A stretch of DNA of 64,000 nt, taken from contig CAJOMF010000003.1 of the NCBI GenBank assembly GCA_905235605.1, positions 5,173 through 69,172 of the forward strand, in the 5' to 3' direction. Within the stretch, counting starts at the first letter, position 1. Each line of letters opens with the position of its first letter. The stretch is from an uncultured bacterium. GTDB lineage: Bacteria; UBP6; UBA1177. This document shows positions 58,126 through 64,000 of this stretch, one piece after another. Made by a program: the position numbers and the translations under genes. Under the pieces are notes generated by a model, which saw nothing but the letters and a program-made list of their open reading frames with translations, did not search any database and was not told the DNA's origin.

Positions 58126-58938
58126 TTATCTTGGGCAATTTAGATCGACTCTGTCAACACATTTCCATTTTTGTCCGAGATCATCCATATTATCTGCCAC
58201 ACATTCGCACCAGTCGACTTTGCTTCCGTCAGGGCAGATGAAATCCCTTTTGTCTCCGATCGCCGCTTGTTTCGAGGTGTCCTCTGCTTCATCGTAATAA
58301 TAACAATGGTCGCAAGCTTCCCAATCTAAAAAGTCAAAAAAACCATCGCTGCAAGTCGAAGTCTGGCAGAAATCAGTTGCGATTTCATAACCGAGATCAT
58401 ACCTTTTTCCGTCGTCATCATAAATACACTGACAAGCATGAGAATAATAGCAAGCCCATTTTTTGGTTCCAAGATCGTCTTTGACACATTCACACCAATT
58501 TCTTTCCGCTTCTCCGTTGCATGAGAATTTCATCATTTCACCGAGTTCACCTTCCTTTTCGGGATCGTTCCAGTAGCGGCAACCATCACAGAAATCACCA
58601 TCTACACCCGCAAATTTGCCATTTTTACAAGTCAATGGCTTGCAAAAATCGAAAGACAGCACAATGTCACCCGGCTCGTAACCAGCTAGACCTTCATACT
58701 CGCAAAACGAATTGTCTTTAGCTGGATCTTCCGGATTGTAATCAGTATCAACTGGTTCACCTTGATGCTGCGTATCATCATCTGGAGTTCCATTATTTTC
58801 GTCGGTAGTTTCGATTGCTTGTTCGTCTGGTACTTCAATAGAAGCGTTATTTTTATCTCCATTGGAATCGTTGCTTGAACCACATCCAATCACAAAAACA
58901 AAAAGCAAAATCGCAAAAATTGATAAAAATCTTTTCAT
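58126..58938 (-). CDS. Cys-rich internally duplicated secreted lipoprotein (novel repeat)
   Basis: Lipobox VIGC, an acidic linker, and 24 Cys arranged as two tandem copies of [DFC(K/Q)xxTCxxG…C..C.Y..D] + [F.C..G….WCECV.D..LG.KW.C]. Confidence 0.5.
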   Translation of the reverse strand: MKRFLSIFAILLFVFVIGCGSSNDSNGDKNNASIEVPDEQAIETTDENNGTPDDDTQHQGEPVDTDYNPEDPAKDNSFCEYEGLAGYEPGDIVLSFDFCKPLTCKNGKFAGVDGDFCDGCRYWNDPEKEGELGEMMKFSCNGEAERNWCECVKDDLGTKKWACYYSHACQCIYDDDGKRYDLGYEIATDFCQTSTCSDGFFDFLDWEACDHCYYYDEAEDTSKQAAIGDKRDFICPDGSKVDWCECVADNMDDLGQKWKCVDRVDLNCPR

Positions 58939-59022
58939 AATTTTTTATTTTCCCCTCTCCTTAAAAAATTTCATCAATAGTGATACAGAGTAAATAAAAA
59001 CCGATTAAAACAAAAAACACTA

Positions 59023-60567
59023 TTATTTCCCAGCCGGGAGTTTCTGGGGTTCGATGTATTTTTCGCGTTTGATGTATTCGATGACCGCTGCCGGAACTGA
59101 AATTTTTGTATCGTTGAGTTTGAGTTTCGGCATCATTTCAAAACCGTCACCGCCGCCTGCAACGAAGGAGTTTACTGCGAAAGTGTAGGTTTTTCCTGCA
59201 TCGAGAGCGGCGCCGTTGACTTTGATGTTAGACGCTTTGCCGCCGGAAACGGAAAATTCTACGCCGTAGAAGTGAAGGAAACCGCCCTGCCCTTTGTTTT
59301 TGATCGAAAGATTGATGACCTCCTCAAGCTGAGAACCGCTGAGAGAGCCTGTGACGATCGTGTCTTCGAACGGGAAAACGCTGTAGATATCCATTTCGTT
59401 GACTATGCCGCGGTTGAGCCCCTGCCTGATCGCGCCGCCGTTTGCGAAAGCGATGTCGACATCCGCTCTTTCCTTCATGACCGAAGCGATGAAAACACCT
59501 AAAGTCGAAGGATTGCTGCGGACGAAATTCCTTTCGCCGTTGAACGAATCTGAAAGTTCACCTACGACCTGAGTCGAAAATTCACAGTTGAAATCGTTGA
59601 GCATTTTCAGCATTGCTTCGTTTTCTACGAGGTCTTTGCCTCTGTTTTCGTAAGTTACGCTACCGTTGCTTTTAACGATTTTTTCTTTGACGTTTACCGG
59701 GTAAAGTTTGAAATTTTTCTGGACGAGCTCTTTGCCTTCAAAGTAGAAATCGAATCTGCCGACCCACTTTCCGAGTCCTTCGGTCTGGATTATCGGAACA
59801 TTGTTGACGTAAACCGGCTCATTCATCTGGATCTTCGTTCTTCCGCCGATGATGAGGTCGATTCCTGAAACTTCTTTCGCAAGAAGTCTGTCACTCGGAT
59901 AACCGTCAGCATCCGTATCTTTGTCGGAGTAGCCGAGGTTCGAAAGAACAACTACGAAATCGTTGTTTTTCTTGAGTTCTTCGACTGCTTTTTTCGCTGC
60001 TTCGATCGGATCCTGAACTTTTACGAGCCCTTCGACACCGGCGTTGGAGATCTTTTCGATTTCTGGCGTCGCGATGCCTACGAAAGCGACTTTCACGCCG
60101 TTTATCATCTCTTTCTGGATGGACGATTTGCCTATCTGTTTATTGTTTTTGTAGAAAAGATTGGCCGCCATGAACGGGAATCTAGCCTCTTTCTGCATTT
60201 TTTCGAAAGTCTTCATTCCGAAGTCGAATTCGTGGCTTCCGATAAGCATTCCGTCGTAGCCGATAAGGTTCATGCCCGTTATCATCGGCAGGTTTTCGCA
60301 GACATTGCTTCTGGGGTCGCCCATCGTGACGTTTCCGCTGCTGAGCACTACGACGTCGCCGTTTGTCAGCTGGACTTCGTTCCTGATCTGTTCGATAAGG
60401 GTTTTCTGCGCTGCAAGACCGCCTGTCTTCGGGCTGTCCGGTGCGTCAAACGCCCATGCCATACCGTGAGAATCGTTGGTAAAAAGGATCGTGAGGAGTC
60501 TCGGCTCCGCAAAAAGCGAAAAACTTAATCCGCACACAAAAAGGAAAACCAAAAAATTTCTTTTCAT
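59023..60567 (-). CDS. Bifunctional metallophosphatase / 5'-nucleotidase (UshA-like), secreted
   Basis: Signal peptide, metallophosphoesterase motifs (…ILFTNDSHG…, …GSHEFDFG…) and a C-terminal 5'-nucleotidase domain. Start taken at the ATG at 60567, which has GGAGG 5 nt upstream. Confidence 0.8.
   Translation of the reverse strand: MKRNFLVFLFVCGLSFSLFAEPRLLTILFTNDSHGMAWAFDAPDSPKTGGLAAQKTLIEQIRNEVQLTNGDVVVLSSGNVTMGDPRSNVCENLPMITGMNLIGYDGMLIGSHEFDFGMKTFEKMQKEARFPFMAANLFYKNNKQIGKSSIQKEMINGVKVAFVGIATPEIEKISNAGVEGLVKVQDPIEAAKKAVEELKKNNDFVVVLSNLGYSDKDTDADGYPSDRLLAKEVSGIDLIIGGRTKIQMNEPVYVNNVPIIQTEGLGKWVGRFDFYFEGKELVQKNFKLYPVNVKEKIVKSNGSVTYENRGKDLVENEAMLKMLNDFNCEFSTQVVGELSDSFNGERNFVRSNPSTLGVFIASVMKERADVDIAFANGGAIRQGLNRGIVNEMDIYSVFPFEDTIVTGSLSGSQLEEVINLSIKNKGQGGFLHFYGVEFSVSGGKASNIKVNGAALDAGKTYTFAVNSFVAGGGDGFEMMPKLKLNDTKISVPAAVIEYIKREKYIEPQKLPAGK
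59046..59072. repeat. 27-bp perfect direct repeat, copy 2 (within 3' end of the 5'-nucleotidase gene)
   Basis: Exact match to 58089..58115. Confidence 0.85.
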
Positions 60568-60683
60568 AAAGACCTCCAAAAATTAGACGGCGGCTTTATA
60601 TACCAAAGAAATATTTTAGTCAAAAACCGACACACTGTTTAGCGGAAAAAACAAGAACAAGTCATTCTTTACTATTTTTATTT

Positions 60684-61589
60684 TTGAAGTATAAGCAAAT
60701 GCTTTTTGGAGGTCTGATGAAACAGCTTTCCGCATTCATAAAATCGTCCCGTTTTGCCGAAGTTTCGATCCTGCTCGGCTTTCCGATGATAGGTCTTTTC
60801 TTTGCATTCAGATCGGTCGATCAGCTTCTGTCGCTCCCTGTTTTCCTTTTTGCCGCAGCGGTTTTCTCACTGTTTACGGCAATTTACGCCTTTAACGGTT
60901 TGGCAGGAACAGAAGACGACAAACACAATTCGCGCCTTGCAGACCTCGCCGGAAAACGCCGTTCATTCATTGTGACTCTTGCGGTTTCACTGCTTCTTTC
61001 GCTTCTGCTTTTCTTTATGATAAAGCCGGTTCTATCTCTATTTTCAGCTGTCAGTTTTCTTCTCTGGTGCCTCTATTCTTTCCCGAAAAAAGGGTTCAAA
61101 TACCGTCCGATTCTCGGAACGCTGATACATTTTGCCGGTCAGATCATCCATTTTTTAATGGGTTACACAGTCCTGGCGCCGCTTGACAAAGAAAGTGCCG
61201 CTGTATCAATCTACTTTGCGCTCCTTTTTTCCGCAGGTCACATCAATCACGAACTCATCGACCACGATGCCGATGAAAAAGCAGGAACAAGAACAGGTGC
61301 TGTCTGCTTCGGAGTTTCGTCCTGGGAAAAGGTCTCATTCGTACTTTTTACCCTTGCCGCAATTTATATTTCGGTACTTTCAGCTGTTGAAAAAGAACTT
61401 CCGGCTCTCTGTTTTCCATTCATAATCGCCGGAATGATCCACATAATTTTCAAAATATGCACTTACAAAAGACCTTCAGAACAGGCAAAATTCCTCGAAG
61501 AAAGACGTTTTTACAGAATACTTTACTTTGCTGCAGGAATAGTTTTCATAGCGGCGAAAATTTTCGATTTTGCAAAATTTATCAAGTGA
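60684..61589 (+). CDS. UbiA-superfamily-like membrane prenyltransferase (divergent first Asp-rich motif)
   Basis: 301 aa with about 8 TM helices, the loop …NGLAGTEDD… and a second DxxxD-like motif, HELIDHDADEK. Confidence 0.5.
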   Translation: MKYKQMLFGGLMKQLSAFIKSSRFAEVSILLGFPMIGLFFAFRSVDQLLSLPVFLFAAAVFSLFTAIYAFNGLAGTEDDKHNSRLADLAGKRRSFIVTLAVSLLLSLLLFFMIKPVLSLFSAVSFLLWCLYSFPKKGFKYRPILGTLIHFAGQIIHFLMGYTVLAPLDKESAAVSIYFALLFSAGHINHELIDHDADEKAGTRTGAVCFGVSSWEKVSFVLFTLAAIYISVLSAVEKELPALCFPFIIAGMIHIIFKICTYKRPSEQAKFLEERRFYRILYFAAGIVFIAAKIFDFAKFIK

Positions 61590-61594
61590 ATACA

Positions 61595-62578
61595 ATGAAT
61601 TACAACGCAAACATAATTTATTTTTCTGCTAAAGCCGATGCAGAAAAAATAGCAGAAAAACTCGCTGGCTCAGGAATAAAGGCAAAACTTTTTCCGGTAA
61701 AAAAATGCCTCATCACCGAAGACATTTCCGAATATTTCGTTTTCGACAGAACTCAGGCCGATCCGCTTGAAAAAGCATATCTGCGTGACGGGAAAACAGA
61801 TCCTGCGGCTCTTCTTTCGATCCAGAAGATGATCCTCGACAGAATTTTGTCTGAAGCTGATGAAAACACGGTTTTCTTTGTCGAAGAGAGCTTTGTTCCT
61901 GAATGTTTTTACATCAGAAAAGCACTTTTCAGAAACCGGAAGAGATTTTTTTCTTTCGGCAGGCTTGCTCCCGAATCCGGTCTTTCGGTCGTCCGCGGCG
62001 CACTCGACCTTGGTTTTCATGAGGCTTCGTTTCTTGATTTCGCAGAATTTGAAAAACCGGCGTTTCCGGCAGCAAAAATACCGCAGTTTCCTGAATTTAA
62101 CGGGATCATTGCGATAGACACGCCGCCCGACTCGATCCCAGCGAGATATCTGCGCTTTTTCAGAAGTCCGCTCCAGCTCACGAAAACGCTCATCCGCTTT
62201 TACAACTCTTATCTTCCGGATGAAAGACACGCTAAAATCCTTGTTTACTCGCCGAAAAAGGCGGCTGACTGCTACACAAATTCCGAAAGAACAGCACAGT
62301 TTGTCAGACTTCTCGGGGCTCGCGGAAAAACTTTTTCCGATTTTTCGGAACTTCCGGCTGACACGACCGTTCTCACATGGTCTACAAAACGCTTTTTCTC
62401 ACTTCTCAAAAACGGTTTCAGACCCATACCGATGACAAAAACGCTTTCAGCCAAACTTTTCGACCCGAAAATAAAATCTCCGGCAGAGTTGATCACAGCA
62501 GCTCCTGACAAAGAATCGTTCATAAAAATGAAAGATTTTCTCCACAACTGCGAACTGAGGAATTTTAAGATAAAATGA
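61595..62578 (+). CDS. Hypothetical protein (operon partner of the UbiA-like gene and etfB)
   Basis: 327-aa ORF from the ATG at 61595, 6 nt after the UbiA-like stop. Its stop overlaps the etfB start by 4 nt. No recognisable motif. Confidence 0.45.
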   Translation: MNYNANIIYFSAKADAEKIAEKLAGSGIKAKLFPVKKCLITEDISEYFVFDRTQADPLEKAYLRDGKTDPAALLSIQKMILDRILSEADENTVFFVEESFVPECFYIRKALFRNRKRFFSFGRLAPESGLSVVRGALDLGFHEASFLDFAEFEKPAFPAAKIPQFPEFNGIIAIDTPPDSIPARYLRFFRSPLQLTKTLIRFYNSYLPDERHAKILVYSPKKAADCYTNSERTAQFVRLLGARGKTFSDFSELPADTTVLTWSTKRFFSLLKNGFRPIPMTKTLSAKLFDPKIKSPAELITAAPDKESFIKMKDFLHNCELRNFKIK

Positions 62579-63357
62579 ATATCGTAGTTTTGATAAAACA
62601 GGTCCCGAGGACTGACAAAATAAAAATCGACAAAGAAAAGGGGACCCTCATCAGAAAAGGGGTCGAATCGATTTTAAACCCGTACTGCGAATACGCTTTG
62701 GAAGCAGCTTTTTCGATAAAAAAGCAGATTGAAAACGCAAAAATCACCGTAATAACGATGGGACCTCCGGGCGCAAAAGCCGTAATCGAACGCGCAATAG
62801 CGCTAGGAGCGGATGACGGAATAGTTTTGAGCGACCGTGCTTTTGCCGGATCAGACTGCCGCGCAACAGCATACGCCCTCGCCTGCGGCATAAAAAAAGC
62901 CTGCGGAACACCCGAAATAATCCTCTGCGGAAGACAGGCGATAGACGGCGACACGGCGCAGGTCCCCGGAGAAACCGCGCAGATGCTCGGCATCCCTATG
63001 ATTTCGTACATCACTGAAATCGTTGACATTTCAGAAAAATCAATCACTGTAAAAAGCGAATTCGACAACAAAGAACTTACCCTTTCCGCAGAATTTCCGG
63101 TGCTTCTCACCGTGAGAAAGGGATCAAACAACAAACGGATGCCGTCACTCTCAGATGCAATCCGTGCTTTTTCCTACGAACCGAAAGTAATGAGCGCGCA
63201 GGATGCTGACTGCGACAAAAAAAAACTCGGCCTTTCGGGTAGCCCGACAAGAGTCGTAAAAATCGTTCCTGTCGCTGCAAAAGGGAACTGCCGCTTTTTC
63301 ACTTTGGCAGACTGTGCTGATGGTTTCGCGGAAATCGAAAAAATCCTCTTTTCCTAA
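62575..63357 (+). CDS. etfB: Electron transfer flavoprotein beta subunit
   Basis: …IVVLIKQVPRTDKIKIDKEKGTLIRKGVESILNPYCEYALEAA… and …CGRQAIDGDTAQVPGETAQMLGIP… match EtfB closely. Confidence 0.85.
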   Translation: MNIVVLIKQVPRTDKIKIDKEKGTLIRKGVESILNPYCEYALEAAFSIKKQIENAKITVITMGPPGAKAVIERAIALGADDGIVLSDRAFAGSDCRATAYALACGIKKACGTPEIILCGRQAIDGDTAQVPGETAQMLGIPMISYITEIVDISEKSITVKSEFDNKELTLSAEFPVLLTVRKGSNNKRMPSLSDAIRAFSYEPKVMSAQDADCDKKKLGLSGSPTRVVKIVPVAAKGNCRFFTLADCADGFAEIEKILFS

Positions 63358-63368
63358 ATCACGCCTGT

Positions 63369-64000
63369 GTGCTTAAGGAGCTTGTAAGTGTTGAGAATTA
63401 CAACGAGAACTCCGACAAGACCGAGCATGAGCTTGTCAAGGCTGTCAAGAAGCAGGGATGGCGTAGCCTCGGCGGTTGGGTGTGCGCACAGAATCCCATC
63501 GGCCTCACGCACGAATACACAGGCATGGAGAACACCTACGAGAACTCTCTGCGCTGGACGCCCGGGCAGGAAGAACGATTCTGGCAGCTTCGCCTTCGCG
63601 AAAGCCAGCGTGCAGGCTTCGACTACTGGAAAGTCGACTGGGGCAACAAGGACCGAGACGAGCAGTTCCGCCGTCGGCTGAGCGAGTGGGGACGCGAGGT
63701 GGCTCCTGATGTCATCATCGAACATGCCTCTTTCCAGGACGGCGGAACCCATCATCCCGACTTCATCACGTTCAGCCAGACCATTCGTTCCTACGACGTC
63801 AACAACCAGATAGCCCAGGCACAGACGCTCCAGCGCCTCTTCGACCTCAGCCAGCAGCCTGACGCCGAACTGGCGGGCTGGGGCATCATCAACTGCGAGG
63901 ACGAGGCTTACATTGCCGTCGGACTCGGCTGTGCCATCGGCGTCATGCGTCACGATTTTGAAAAGGAAAGAAAATATGTACAGCTGCCGCCGCGGCTTGT
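63369..64000 (+). pseudogene. 5'-truncated GC-rich ORF, glycoside-hydrolase clan GH-D-like (…RAGFDYWKVDWGN…); no conventional start; runs off window end
   Basis: The frame is open from the TGA at 63318 to the window end, with GC3 near 70% against a ~46% GC genome. The only in-frame initiator is the GTG at 63369, which lacks a Shine-Dalgarno. The ORF begins mid-domain. Confidence 0.35.

Noticed and set aside
63388-63681. 97-aa plus-strand ORF starting at a GTG 7 nt after a perfect AAGGAG
   Set aside because: Its translation is an Arg/Ser/Thr low-complexity string (…RTPTRPSMSLSRLSRSRDG…), so it is an out-of-frame shadow of the real frame. The Shine-Dalgarno-like hexamer is probably coincidental.
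63354-63953. 199-aa minus-strand ORF in the GC-rich tail
   Set aside because: It is Ala/Leu/Val/Gly-rich with few Lys, which is typical of the antisense strand of a GC-rich gene. The plus-strand frame has balanced composition and high GC3, so that frame was preferred.
1-64000. CRISPR arrays, IS elements, integrases, toxin-antitoxin pairs and known defence genes
   Set aside because: No regularly spaced direct repeats were seen. No transposase/integrase-like ORF was seen, and no nuclease/ATPase pairs typical of defence islands. The only tandem repeats are the 2x20-bp unit at 46001-46040 and hexamer/homopolymer tracts.

Overview
The window is 64 kb of a Gram-negative bacterial chromosome with about 46% GC. 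Possibly an FCB-group / Fibrobacter-like organism (low confidence, inferred from acidic-linker lipoproteins, CotH, MopE-like Cys repeats and a CRTAC1-like protein). Coding density is high and spans three kinds of content.

- **Housekeeping genes:** efp, an Hsp70 paralogue, thiI, an RlmL-like RNA methyltransferase, ribF, mreBC, dnaE, lepA, tRNA-Met, RNase P RNA, coaD/coaBC, ispG, ftsH, pgsA-like and etfB.
- **Polysaccharide locus (17.4-28.7 kb, minus strand):** about 11 kb of Wzx/Wzy/Wzz-type genes plus a CotH-family lipoprotein, a FemAB-like acyltransferase and a NodB-like deacetylase. dnaE is translationally coupled to its last gene.
- **Small accessory islets:** Cys-rich lipoproteins, an AT-rich ORF6N gene and a DUF805 gene.

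No CRISPR array, transposase, integrase or recognisable defence or toxin-antitoxin genes were seen. The features most worth follow-up:

1. A Cys-rich internally duplicated lipoprotein gene flanked by 27-bp perfect direct repeats that copy the 3' end of the neighbouring 5'-nucleotidase gene.
2. An abrupt switch to GC-rich DNA right after etfB (no etfA), carrying a 5'-truncated glycosidase-like ORF.
3. An AT-rich ORF6N gene containing a perfect 31-bp palindrome and a PLD-like HxRx4D motif.
4. A short structured repeat family found in two convergent intergenic regions.
5. A six-gene, translationally coupled coaBC-dtxR-cNMP-ZnRibbon/TPR-coaD-M23 cluster.
6. A 2x20-bp tandem repeat with flanking palindromes between the O-methyltransferase gene and ispG.
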